From positions 1-41,023 of the forward strand of contig JBFHRO010000001.1 of assembly GCA_041591635.1 (NCBI GenBank): a DNA stretch of 41,023 bases, written 5' to 3'. Position 1 is the stretch's first letter. Each line of letters starts with the position of its first letter. Shown piece after piece: positions 19,344-28,089 of the stretch. Origin of the DNA: Oleiphilaceae bacterium (GTDB lineage Bacteria; Pseudomonadota; Gammaproteobacteria; Pseudomonadales; Oleiphilaceae). A model generated the notes under the pieces. That model saw only the letters and a list, made by a program, of their open reading frames with translations. It made no database searches and had not been told where the DNA came from. The position numbers and the translations under genes were made by a program.

Positions 19344-19661
19344 ATGTTTGATATTGGCTTTTTGGAACTGGTGGTAGTGGGCGTGATCGCCCTGATAGTG
19401 CTGGGCCCGGAGCGCCTGCCCCATGCGGCACGCACGGCCGGACGCTGGGTTGGAAAGATCAAGCGCATGGTCCGGCAAGTGAGTGAAGAAGTGGACAAAC
19501 AGCTTAAAGCCGAAGAGCTGCGCGAAAAGCTCAAACAAGAAGGCGACACGCTGGGACTCGAGCACATCGAAAAAACGGTCGCGGATGCCCTGGAAAAAGC
19601 CAAGGAATTCAAAGACCAGGTAGAAACCGACAGTGCTGTCAGCCCCAAAAAACCCGACTGA
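19344..19661 (+). CDS. tatB: twin-arginine translocase subunit TatB
   Basis: [26 protein letters not shown] is a canonical TatB N-terminus. Confidence 0.92.
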   Translation: MFDIGFLELVVVGVIALIVLGPERLPHAARTAGRWVGKIKRMVRQVSEEVDKQLKAEELREKLKQEGDTLGLEHIEKTVADALEKAKEFKDQVETDSAVSPKKPD

Positions 19662-19686
19662 TTCCAGAGTACCGATACCCATCGCC

Positions 19687-20466
19687 ATGCTGCCCAGCCA
19701 GAAGCCAAAAACGACCCCCGAAGACGAACTGCCGCTCATTCAGCACCTGATTGAACTGCGCGACCGGTTATTGCGCTCGGTTCTGGTGATTTTGCTGGTG
19801 TTTTTGAGCCTTTATTATTTCGCCAACGATTTTTACCAGTTTGTGTCAGAGCCCTTGCGCGCCTTCCTGCCCGAAGGCACCTCCATGATTGCCACCGAAG
19901 TCACCTCGCCCTTTCTGACCCCCTTCAAGCTGACCCTGGTGCTGGCCGTTTTCGTCTCCATGCCCTACGTGCTGTATCAGTGCTGGCGTTTTGTAGCCCC
20001 GGCACTGTATCAGCATGAAAAGCGCCTGGCGCTGCCGATTCTGGTGTCGAGTGTGATGCTGTTTTACGCCGGCATGGCCTTTGCCTATTTTGTGGTGTTT
20101 CCTCTGGTATTCGGCTTTTTCACTGCAGCCGCCCCCCAGGGTGTCACCGTGATGACCGACATATCTCACTATCTGGATTTCGTGCTGAAAATGTTTTTCG
20201 CCTTTGGTCTGGCATTTGAAATCCCGGTTGCCACCCTGATCATGATTGCCACCGGCTTCACCAGCGCCAGCAGCCTGAGTGAAAAACGCCCCTATGTTGT
20301 CGTGGGCTGCTTCGTGGTGGGCATGTTGCTGACCCCCCCGGATGTCATCTCCCAGACCCTGCTGGCCGTGCCCATGTGGCTACTGTTTGAAATTGGCGTG
20401 TTCTTTGGTCGTCTGGTCGAAAAAACCGAAGACCGTCAAGACTCGCCAGATACCAACACTCCCTGA
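19687..20466 (+). CDS. tatC: twin-arginine translocase subunit TatC
   Basis: [14 protein letters not shown]... followed by six hydrophobic segments. The start was reset to ATG 19687, after the tatB stop. Confidence 0.92.
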   Translation: MLPSQKPKTTPEDELPLIQHLIELRDRLLRSVLVILLVFLSLYYFANDFYQFVSEPLRAFLPEGTSMIATEVTSPFLTPFKLTLVLAVFVSMPYVLYQCWRFVAPALYQHEKRLALPILVSSVMLFYAGMAFAYFVVFPLVFGFFTAAAPQGVTVMTDISHYLDFVLKMFFAFGLAFEIPVATLIMIATGFTSASSLSEKRPYVVVGCFVVGMLLTPPDVISQTLLAVPMWLLFEIGVFFGRLVEKTEDRQDSPDTNTP

Positions 20467-20479
20467 CAAGCCCGCCTCC

Positions 20480-21190
20480 GTGAATCTTATCCTGCTGCAG
20501 AACGAAGATTTTGTTACAGCAAATCTTGTTCGGCTGTACGATCGCCGGCTGCAGCATTTGCAAAAGATACACAAAGCCCGGGTAGGCGATCAGCTGCGGG
20601 TTGGCCAGCTCAACGGCCAAATGGGCGAAGGGCAACTGCGCGTTCTGACCGACACCCTGGCCGAGCTTGAGATTCACTTGCATCAACCGGCGCCGCCAGC
20701 CTTGCCTGTCACCCTCATTATCGCCCTGCCACGCCCCAAGATGCTGCGCCGAATTTTGCAAACCGCTGCCACCATGGGCGTGAAGCAGCTTCACTTGATC
20801 AACGCCTTCAAGGTGGAAAAAAGCTACTGGCAAACGCCCTGGCTGAGCGCGTCCAGCGTGAAAGAGAACTTTGTGCTGGGACTTGAGCAGGGGATGGACA
20901 CACAATTGCCGCAACTGCACCTGCACCCACGCTTCAAACCCTTTGTCGAAGACCTGCTACCCGCTTTATGCGCCAACACCCGTAACATCCTGGCGCATCC
21001 GGGCACGGCCACGCCTTGTCCGCGCGCACTGACGGAGCCGGTCACACTGGCAATAGGCCCCGAGGGCGGTTTTACGCCCTACGAAGTCAACCAGCTCACG
21101 GCGGCCGGTTTTACAGCCGTGCATCTTGGACAGCGCATTTTGCGGGTTGAAACGGCGGTACCCGTATTGTTGGCGAAACTCTTTGATTAG
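20480..21190 (+). CDS. rsmE: 16S rRNA (uracil1498-N3)-methyltransferase family (RsmE-like)
   Basis: ALPRPKMLRRILQTAATMGV...IGPEGGFTPYEV....GF..V.LG.RILRVETA is the SPOUT/RsmE pattern. A GTG start at 20480 is inferred, because the longer ORF overlaps tatC. Confidence 0.75.
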   Translation: MNLILLQNEDFVTANLVRLYDRRLQHLQKIHKARVGDQLRVGQLNGQMGEGQLRVLTDTLAELEIHLHQPAPPALPVTLIIALPRPKMLRRILQTAATMGVKQLHLINAFKVEKSYWQTPWLSASSVKENFVLGLEQGMDTQLPQLHLHPRFKPFVEDLLPALCANTRNILAHPGTATPCPRALTEPVTLAIGPEGGFTPYEVNQLTAAGFTAVHLGQRILRVETAVPVLLAKLFD

Positions 21191-22512
21191 CTTGATGAAC
21201 CGCTGACAGGCCTGAATTCAGGCACAAAGGCGTCCAGCCCCATGGCGTGCGAGACGACCCGGTTTTTCAGCAACGACTGATCATTCAGCCAGCGCATGCC
21301 GGTATTTCGCAACAATCGCAGCCCCAGATTATCTGCCGCAAAGAGTCGCTTGAAGGCTTCCATCGCCCCCATCATGCCAAGATTGGCGGCCATTCTGCGG
21401 CGCTGATAGCGCTGCAACAACAAGGTGTCGCTGGCGGGCACTCCGCGGCGATTGGCTTGCTGTAGCTCGTCAACAAGCACTGCCACATCCATCAATCCCA
21501 AGTTGACGCCCTGCCCCGCCAGCGGATGAATCGTATGGGCAGCGTCACCCACCAAGACCACGCCGGCCTTCACATAGGTCTTGGCGTGGCGCTGGCGCAG
21601 TGGAATGGCATGGCGACTCGACACCGCCTGCACAGGTCCCAGCCTGTATTCAAAGGCTTCGGCCAGCGCCTGACAAAAGGCCTCGTCCGACAACGCCATC
21701 ATGGCCGCCGCCCGCTCAGGAACCAGGGACCAGACAATCGAGCAAAAATTCCCTTGCCCCGCAACATCGTGCAAGGGAAGAAACGCCAAGGGACCCGTCG
21801 GCATAAAACGCTGCCAGGCCGTATGTTCGTGACAAAGCGCCGTCTGTACCGTGGCCACTATGGCATGATGGTTATAATCCCATTCCCGTGTGGGAATTGC
21901 GAACCGCTGCCGCAGCAGTGAGTTCGCGCCATCGGCCGCAATCAGAAGCTCCGAAACCAGGCAACGCCCATCCGCCAGGGATAGGCGCGAGACACCGTCA
22001 ACATGGGCCGGCGCTACGCCGCCAATGCCGGCCCCCATAAACAAAGTCACCTTGTTACTCGCAACCAGATACCGGTATAGTGCTTGCACAATCACCGAGT
22101 TTTCAACGATATGACCCAGTGCCGGCTGCCCCAGCTCACTGGCGCTGAAGGCGATGCCCCCCGTACCCTCACCGTCCCACACCTGCATACCCTGATAGGC
22201 GCAGATCCCTCGCGCCTGTATATCGTCCCACACGCCCAGGCGTCGCAGCAGGATTTCCGAGGCGGTTGTCAAGGCACTCACCCGGGCATCAAACTCGTGC
22301 ACACGGCCATGCGGCCATACACAGGTTTCAATCGCCGCCAGAGGCTGGGCTTCAATCAGCGCCACCCGGTAGCGGGTATGTGTCAAGGCCGCCGCCATGG
22401 CCGCGCCCACGATCCCGCCGCCACAAATCACAATATCGAAGGATTCCGCCCGGTCAGGTGCGACTGACACTTGCTCCTCTGCACACGAGGTCATCAAGGA
22501 CGTAGGGGTCAT
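21187..22512 (-). CDS. ubiI: UbiH/UbiF/VisC-family FAD-dependent ubiquinone hydroxylase
   Basis: FDIVICGGGIVGAAMA Rossmann motif and GDAAHTIHPLAGQGVNLGLMD. ATG 22512 overlaps the ubiH stop (ATGA), which suggests translational coupling. An alternative ATG lies at 22494. Confidence 0.85.
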   Translation of the reverse strand: MTPTSLMTSCAEEQVSVAPDRAESFDIVICGGGIVGAAMAAALTHTRYRVALIEAQPLAAIETCVWPHGRVHEFDARVSALTTASEILLRRLGVWDDIQARGICAYQGMQVWDGEGTGGIAFSASELGQPALGHIVENSVIVQALYRYLVASNKVTLFMGAGIGGVAPAHVDGVSRLSLADGRCLVSELLIAADGANSLLRQRFAIPTREWDYNHHAIVATVQTALCHEHTAWQRFMPTGPLAFLPLHDVAGQGNFCSIVWSLVPERAAAMMALSDEAFCQALAEAFEYRLGPVQAVSSRHAIPLRQRHAKTYVKAGVVLVGDAAHTIHPLAGQGVNLGLMDVAVLVDELQQANRRGVPASDTLLLQRYQRRRMAANLGMMGAMEAFKRLFAADNLGLRLLRNTGMRWLNDQSLLKNRVVSHAMGLDAFVPEFRPVSGSSS

Positions 22513-23795
22513 AGCTCTTCTGCCACCGAGTAAAGGTGCCCGGCGGTTGCAGACGCGCCCAGCCCCATCGCCTGACAGGCAAAGCGGTGCTTCAAAAATG
22601 GCAGCATTTCCATTCCAATCAATCCACAATCACGCAAAAACGAAAGGCGCCGGTCGCTGTTGGAAAACAGGCGCGTCACCCGGTCGCTGAAAAAGATGGT
22701 TTTTTCCTGGTCTTGGCGCTGACGGTCGGCAAAGGCCTGCAACACCTCCAGACTGCCTAACGGCAGGTCTCGCGGCAACGCCTGTGCGGCGGTTTCGGCC
22801 AGGCGCATCACCCCCCGCAAGGCCAGGTTGTAACCTTGACCTGCCACCGGATGAAGCGTGTGCGCTGCGTTGCCGACCACCACCAGGCCCGGACGAATCT
22901 GCTCCCGGGCGCGAAGCAAACTTAACGGATACTGCGCCCGAATGCCCACCTGCCGAATTCGCCCCAGGCGATAGCCAAAGCGCTCCTGAATGCGCGCCAT
23001 GAATGCGCTATCATCCAGTGACATCAGCGCATCCGCCGATGCTGCCGGCACGGTCCAAACCATCGCACAATCCTGGCTCGAAGCCTCCCCTCCCAGCGGC
23101 AGCACGGCCAAAGGGCCGGTATCGGTAAAGCGCTCAAAGGCTTCGCACTGGTGTGGTCGCGAAAACGACCCGTTGGCGATAATGGCAGACTGCGCGTAAG
23201 GCGTTTCATCCACCGGCAGGTGCAACGCCTGGCACAACGCCGACCGTCCGCCATCAGCCACCACCAGCAACCTTGCTGTGAGTGTCTGCACCCCCTGCCC
23301 GGCACGCTCCACCTGCACCTGGTGCTCAGACCCGCGGGTTCGCATGGCCCCCACAACCTTCGCGGGAGACAAGACAGAAATCGAAGGCTGTTGCTTCATC
23401 TGCCCCCAAAGTACTGCCCCCATCCAGGCGTTGGGCAGCACATAGCCCATTGCGGGGAGCTTCTGTTCTGCCGCCTCCATCTGCACAACACCAGGCCGGC
23501 CCTTGTCCGACACATGAATGCGCCGGATGGGTGTCGCCTGCAGCTCCATCTGTGCCCAGACCCCCAGCGCTTCATAAATCCGTCGCGTTCCCCACGAGAG
23601 TGCCGTTGAACGCATGTCATAGCTGGGCTGAAACCCGTTCATCACAGGCTCGACGGATTCCACTATCGCAATTCGTAGCGGCAGGCGCGCCAAGGCAAGG
23701 GCCAGACTCGCGCCCACCATACCACCGCCGGCAATGACGACATCAAAAGCGCTGGAGGAATCCGTTACAGGTGGAACATTGGCAATCAAGGTCAT
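22509..23795 (-). CDS. ubiH: 2-octaprenyl-6-methoxyphenol hydroxylase
   Basis: FDVVIAGGGMVGASLALALA and GNAAHTLHPVAGQGYNLALRG. It sits directly after pepP, as in E. coli and Pseudomonas. The start is ATG 23795 (ACAGGGA upstream) or 23816. Confidence 0.85.
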   Translation of the reverse strand: MTLIANVPPVTDSSSAFDVVIAGGGMVGASLALALARLPLRIAIVESVEPVMNGFQPSYDMRSTALSWGTRRIYEALGVWAQMELQATPIRRIHVSDKGRPGVVQMEAAEQKLPAMGYVLPNAWMGAVLWGQMKQQPSISVLSPAKVVGAMRTRGSEHQVQVERAGQGVQTLTARLLVVADGGRSALCQALHLPVDETPYAQSAIIANGSFSRPHQCEAFERFTDTGPLAVLPLGGEASSQDCAMVWTVPAASADALMSLDDSAFMARIQERFGYRLGRIRQVGIRAQYPLSLLRAREQIRPGLVVVGNAAHTLHPVAGQGYNLALRGVMRLAETAAQALPRDLPLGSLEVLQAFADRQRQDQEKTIFFSDRVTRLFSNSDRRLSFLRDCGLIGMEMLPFLKHRFACQAMGLGASATAGHLYSVAEEL

Positions 23796-23836
23796 TATCC
23801 CTGTAGTTGATGCCATGCCGAGGCTATCAGCATGAC

Positions 23837-25150
23837 CTAACGCGCCATCAGCGCTTCAATTTCGGCGATTTCCTTGGGCACATCCTCGGTCAGAATGCGA
23901 CAGCCCTCTTTGGTGACGACCACATCATCCTCTATACGAATCCCTATACCACGCCAGCGTGGCTCCACCTTGTCACAATTGGGCGCGACATAGATGCCGG
24001 GCTCCACGGTCATGACCATGCCCGGCTCCAGCACGCGCCAGGCGCCCTCAATCTTGTAATCCCCAACGTCATGCACATCCATACCCAGCCAATGGCCCGT
24101 ACGATGCATGTAAAACGCCTTGTAAGCCTCAACCCGGATGAGATCATCAACTTCGCCCTGTAATAACCCCAAACGCACCAAGCCCGCCGTGATGGCTTTC
24201 ACCGCTGCATCATGAGGGTGATTCCAGTGATTGCCCGGCTTGACCTCGGCAATGGCGGCTTTTTGGGCATCCAGTACCACTTGATAGAGCGCCGCCTGCT
24301 CGGGCGAAAACTTGCCATTGACCGGAAAGGTACGGGTAATATCCGAAGCATAGTGATCCACCTCGCAACCGGCATCAATGAGAATCAGATCACCCTCCTT
24401 AAGCAGTGCGTTGTTGTCACGGTAATGCAAAACGCACGCATTATGGCCCGCCCCCACAATCGACGGATAGGCCACTGCACGCGCGCCTTCCTCCATAAAC
24501 GCATGCACCAGAGTCGCTTCAAGCTGATACTCAAAACTGCCGGGGCAGGCACGCTGCATGGCACGCTTGTGAGCCTGAGCGCTGATTTTTGCGGCACGAG
24601 CCATAAGGCGTATTTCGTCGGCGCTCTTGAACAGTCGCAACTCGTGCAAATGATGCTCAAGCGCCAAAAACTCACCCGGAGGATGCGCACCACTGCGTAC
24701 CTTGCTGCGAATGGCGTTGATCCACTCCATCAGCCGAGCATCAAATTGCGCGTCATAGCCCATGGAATAAAAAAGTTTTTTCTTGCCTTCAATCAACCCC
24801 GGCAAAATATCGTCAATGTCGGAAATCGGGAACGCATCGTCCACACCGAACATCTCCGGTGCCCGGTCGGGGCCCACGATGGCACCATCCCACAACTCGC
24901 GCTCCGGATTGCGCTCCTTGCAAAACAGCAGGGTTTCACCATGCTCGCGCCCGGGAACAATCACCAGCACCGACTCCGGCTCAGGAAAGCCGCACAGATA
25001 CTGAAAATCACTGTCCTGGCGAAACGGAAAGTGCACATCCCGATTGCGCGATTTTTCCCGAGCCGAAGGCAGAATGGCAATCGCCCCTGGCCCCATCAGA
25101 TCAACCAGCGCCTTGCGCCGCCGGGCGAATTCGGTTTTCGAAAGCGTCAT
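23837..25150 (-). CDS. pepP: Xaa-Pro aminopeptidase
   Basis: MTLSKTEFARRRKAL... with HRTGHWLGMDVHDVG and GMVMTVEPGIY metal-ligand motifs. The 497-aa ORF-track version is over-extended, so I set the start at ATG 25150. Confidence 0.93.
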   Translation of the reverse strand: MTLSKTEFARRRKALVDLMGPGAIAILPSAREKSRNRDVHFPFRQDSDFQYLCGFPEPESVLVIVPGREHGETLLFCKERNPERELWDGAIVGPDRAPEMFGVDDAFPISDIDDILPGLIEGKKKLFYSMGYDAQFDARLMEWINAIRSKVRSGAHPPGEFLALEHHLHELRLFKSADEIRLMARAAKISAQAHKRAMQRACPGSFEYQLEATLVHAFMEEGARAVAYPSIVGAGHNACVLHYRDNNALLKEGDLILIDAGCEVDHYASDITRTFPVNGKFSPEQAALYQVVLDAQKAAIAEVKPGNHWNHPHDAAVKAITAGLVRLGLLQGEVDDLIRVEAYKAFYMHRTGHWLGMDVHDVGDYKIEGAWRVLEPGMVMTVEPGIYVAPNCDKVEPRWRGIGIRIEDDVVVTKEGCRILTEDVPKEIAEIEALMAR

Positions 25151-25221
25151 GGCAAATACTCCTGACAGGAATGGGCAATAGACAAGACAAGAAAAAGAAA
25201 CGAAACGGCCACAGGCGATTC

Positions 25222-25806
25222 TTAGTGCAGCGAACCGCCGGGTTTGGGGCCGACTCCAGACGCCAGTGAATTCAACTCGGCATACAAGGTGAGCGCCGCC
25301 ACGCGCACGAACTCTGCCACTTCCATACACTCCCTCTCGGCTTCTTCCGAAGCATCGATATTCTCTTCGATCTGGGTAATGGCCACCAGATCGCGCATCA
25401 ACTCCTGCAGTTCCGGGTCAAGCTTCATCAACCGGCTGCCTGCACTCAGGGCCAACCCCTCCAAAAAACCCCGGGCCCACACGCCAAGTGCTTCAATTCG
25501 CTCACCAAGCGAATATTCGTCATCGGGCAACATCAGCTCAAATTCGAAAGAACTGGACTCCAGCTGCACCAGGGTTTCACGCAAAATGTCGGTCAACAGC
25601 TGACTATCAAAATCAATATCGTTGCCTGCCAGCTCAACTCCCATATGAGCCACTACGTTTTCTTTCCACTGCTCTAGTGTTGGGCGTTTTCCACCACACA
25701 AGCTGCCGGCAAGCAAGCCATGCAGTTCGCTGGGATGATTGATCGCGCTATAACGGCTGTACATATTGGCAAGCAGTTCAAACCTGTCTAACGATTGATC
25801 AGACAT
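25222..25806 (-). CDS. ygfB: UPF0149 family protein YgfB
   Basis: 194 aa. The pattern ELHGLLAGSLCGG...WARGFLEGL...acidic stretch...EFVRVAALTLY...SLH matches E. coli YgfB, and the gene sits in the conserved position upstream of pepP. Confidence 0.85.
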   Translation of the reverse strand: MSDQSLDRFELLANMYSRYSAINHPSELHGLLAGSLCGGKRPTLEQWKENVVAHMGVELAGNDIDFDSQLLTDILRETLVQLESSSFEFELMLPDDEYSLGERIEALGVWARGFLEGLALSAGSRLMKLDPELQELMRDLVAITQIEENIDASEEAERECMEVAEFVRVAALTLYAELNSLASGVGPKPGGSLH

Positions 25807-26075
25807 AGTACTCCAGCATCTCTCAGAGTAAGCACTCGCTCGGCGGGGATAGCCGCCGGCAAACGCCCGATGGATTTATCAACATTATAAGGTTGAGCGA
25901 ACAAAGAACCAAACTTGTCACATAAACGGATCAGCGACAAGCGGCGTCTGCAAGCATCGACACTCAACAGCCATCCTTGCGCTTGCAACGATGGACATTA
26001 TTGTTTTTTCGGGGTTTCAGCTATCATAGTCAGAGCAACTCATTGATTCGTTACAGTGTTTCAGGTTAGGTCAAC

Positions 26076-26291
26076 ATGGCAGAAATAAACGGACAAGAAT
26101 TCGAGCTTTTGGCAAAAAAGGTTAGTCGATTGGCCAAATACTGTATGCAGCTTGAGGCCGACAACAATGTGCTGCGACAGCAGCAGGATGACTGGCATCA
26201 GGAACGGGCACGACTATTACAAAAAAACGATCTTGCCAAAAATCGGGTAGAAGCCATGATCAGCCGACTGCGGGCACTTGAACACCGGTAG
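26076..26291 (+). CDS. small coiled-coil protein (TIGR02449-type, partner of zapA)
   Basis: 71-aa heptad-rich ORF immediately upstream of zapA, as in pseudomonads. Confidence 0.7.
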   Translation: MAEINGQEFELLAKKVSRLAKYCMQLEADNNVLRQQQDDWHQERARLLQKNDLAKNRVEAMISRLRALEHR

Positions 26292-26365
26292 TTCGCCACC
26301 CATCTCGGGCAGCTGCCTTTTCAGCCCCCTATGCACTATTCTGAACCCTATTGGAGCAAGGAGAT

Positions 26366-26653
26366 ATGTCAGAAAAGAATACCGTAGAAGTGCGTATTCT
26401 CGACAAAGAGTACCACGTAGCCTGCCCGCCCGACGCGCGCCATAAGCTGGAAAGTGCCGCCAAGTATCTTGACACCAAAATGCGTGAAATCCGCACCAAT
26501 GGCAAGGTCTTCGGCACCGAACGTATTGCCGTTATGGCGGCGCTGAATATTGCCTATGAGCTTCAGCAAGGGTCCCACCTCAACGAGGTCACACGCCAAC
26601 TGATCAGCCAAATGACCAAGGATCTCGACGGCGCTCTCGTCAAGGCGCCCTGA
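26366..26653 (+). CDS. zapA: cell division protein ZapA
   Basis: VEVRILDKEYHVACPPD...LESAAKYLDTKMREIR...ERIAVMAALNIAYEL. AAGGAGA lies upstream of ATG 26366, whereas the ORF-track start is a TTG. Confidence 0.9.
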   Translation: MSEKNTVEVRILDKEYHVACPPDARHKLESAAKYLDTKMREIRTNGKVFGTERIAVMAALNIAYELQQGSHLNEVTRQLISQMTKDLDGALVKAP

Positions 26654-26696
26654 AGCCGAAGGAATGTAGAAATTTGTAATACATCACCTTTAAGTT

Positions 26697-26724
26697 TTTA
26701 CAGCCATGACGAGATAGGTATAAT
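26697..26724 (+). promoter_or_regulatory. sigma70-type promoter of 6S RNA
   Basis: TTTACA (26697-26702), a 16-nt spacer, then TATAAT (26719-26724), about 7 nt upstream of the inferred 6S 5' end. Confidence 0.65.
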
Positions 26725-26731
26725 GGGTTCC

Positions 26732-26916
26732 AGAGTTCCCTGCATTGTTTGCCAGCCGGACAGGTCCTCGAGCCGATAAATTCATACCAGGTGGCTTTTT
26801 GCGTACAATGTGAGCATGTCCTCTGTTGAGGAAAGCCTGATTTGTAGCAGTTGTCACCGCCTTGAGCCTCAGGGTTCAAGGTCTTGTTCGGTAGCGACAC
26901 ATGCGGGGAGCTTTTT
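26732..26916 (+). ncRNA. ssrS: 6S RNA
   Basis: Blocks match E. coli 6S RNA from memory: CCTCGAGCCGATAAATTCATACCAG vs CCUGAGCCGAUAUUUCAUACCAC; TGTGAGCATGTCC vs GGUGAGCAUGCUC; CCTCAGGGTTCAAGG vs CCAAGGGUUCAAGG. The 5' TTCCCTGCAT pairs with the 3' ATGCGGGGAG (closing helix) and is followed by a T-run. It sits in the canonical zapA-ssrS-5FCL position. The ends are accurate to about +/-5 nt. Confidence 0.85.
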
Positions 26917-26965
26917 TATTTGCCTGCCTTCACGCTTTTCCCAGGCACTTCCGCCCGATTCGATC

Positions 26966-27559
26966 ATGATGCCAGCCGTGCACAAAAAAGCGCTTCGTCA
27001 ACAGATGCGACAGAAACGCCGCGGACTGAACAAGCATGCTCGTGCTTGCGCAGCACAAAGACTCGCACGCCGGATTCACAGCCATCCCGCCTACTGGCGC
27101 TGCAAGAGCATCGCTCTTTACCTGGCAAATGACGGTGAGATCGACCCTCGCCCGCTCTTGCGCTGGGCCCTGAAAAACAACAAAAAGTGCTATCTTCCCG
27201 TGCTCGATCCGGTGCGACACAACAGGCTCTGGTTCTGCACCTACACCAGAACCACACGGCTTCGAAAGAATCGCTACGGCATTTCCGAACCCTGCCTGAA
27301 AAACGCAACACGCAGACCCGCCTGGTCACTTGATCTGATTTTAATGCCGCTGGTGGCTTTTGATGTGCAAGGGGCACGACTGGGGATGGGGGGAGGATAC
27401 TACGACCGCACACTGGAATTCATAAAACAACGCAATAGCGCCCATAAGCTCTACGGTCTTGCCTATGACTTCCAGAAAACCAGGATGCTAACTATCGAAG
27501 ACTGGGACATTCCCATGAACGGAATATTTACCGAGACGGCTTTTTATCCCGTGCGATAG
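26966..27559 (+). CDS. ygfA: 5-formyltetrahydrofolate cyclo-ligase
   Basis: ALYLANDGEIDP...YLPVL...NRYGISEP...LDLILMPLVAFDVQGARLGMGGGYYDRTL. The start was set at ATG 26966, because the ORF-track start 26810 lies inside the 6S RNA. Confidence 0.9.
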   Translation: MMPAVHKKALRQQMRQKRRGLNKHARACAAQRLARRIHSHPAYWRCKSIALYLANDGEIDPRPLLRWALKNNKKCYLPVLDPVRHNRLWFCTYTRTTRLRKNRYGISEPCLKNATRRPAWSLDLILMPLVAFDVQGARLGMGGGYYDRTLEFIKQRNSAHKLYGLAYDFQKTRMLTIEDWDIPMNGIFTETAFYPVR

Positions 27560-27599
27560 CCCAAAACACTACCGCACGAATCGAACACTCAACCACAGG

Positions 27600-27746
27600 C
27601 TATTTGACCGCTGGCATCACCAGCGCATAACCGGCATTGGTATGAGGACGCTCCTGGCCAGCAAACACCGATGTAAACCCGCTGATTGCCAGACCAATAC
27701 AAAAAATAACCCCTAATGCAACGATACTATCTGGCTTACGCTTCAT
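27600..27746 (-). CDS. hypothetical small single-TM peptide (48 aa)
   Basis: MKRKPDSIVALGVIFCIGLAISGFTSVFAGQERPHTNAGYALVMPAVK. AGAGGAGAGGAA lies directly upstream of ATG 27746, and the 67-aa ORF-track version starts at a TTG. I recognise no homology. Confidence 0.4.
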   Translation of the reverse strand: MKRKPDSIVALGVIFCIGLAISGFTSVFAGQERPHTNAGYALVMPAVK

Positions 27747-28089
27747 TTCCTCTCCTCTACAGCCACTGGTCAGCATTAAAACCATCGAAAGAACAGCCAA
27801 CAAAACCCGAACCCTGTGTCATCACGCTTGCCAAAAGACAGAGTCCGACCCCTTGAATAATCCGGACCTCAAGTTAGCTTCACAAACACACCTATCGAAT
27901 GAAGTAAGAACGCTAACTTGATGACTTAAGGTAAGAATAAGAAACTTTACAAAATATGCAAAAAAATAATTTGATTATTTTGAGCACAGCGTCATCATTG
28001 ACATTCTATCAAATACCCCCAGCGTCACGACAACCCTTAACACAAGAATTTGTTGTTTCCATTTCACAAAAACACAAGCCACTTGCACA

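Noticed and set aside
21187-23795. Tandem paralogous flavin monooxygenases with an ATGA start/stop overlap and an N-terminal extension of about 40 aa on the second copy.
   Set aside because: The ubiH-ubiI (visC) tandem after pepP is the standard arrangement. The extension may simply reflect start-codon uncertainty, since an alternative ATG lies at 22494.
26810-26965. N-terminal 52 codons of the ORF-track 5-formyl-THF cyclo-ligase (start 26810).
   Set aside because: This stretch lies inside the 6S RNA sequence, and its translation (MSMSSVEESLICSSCHRLEPQGSRS...) is not family-like. The family-typical protein begins at ATG 26966.
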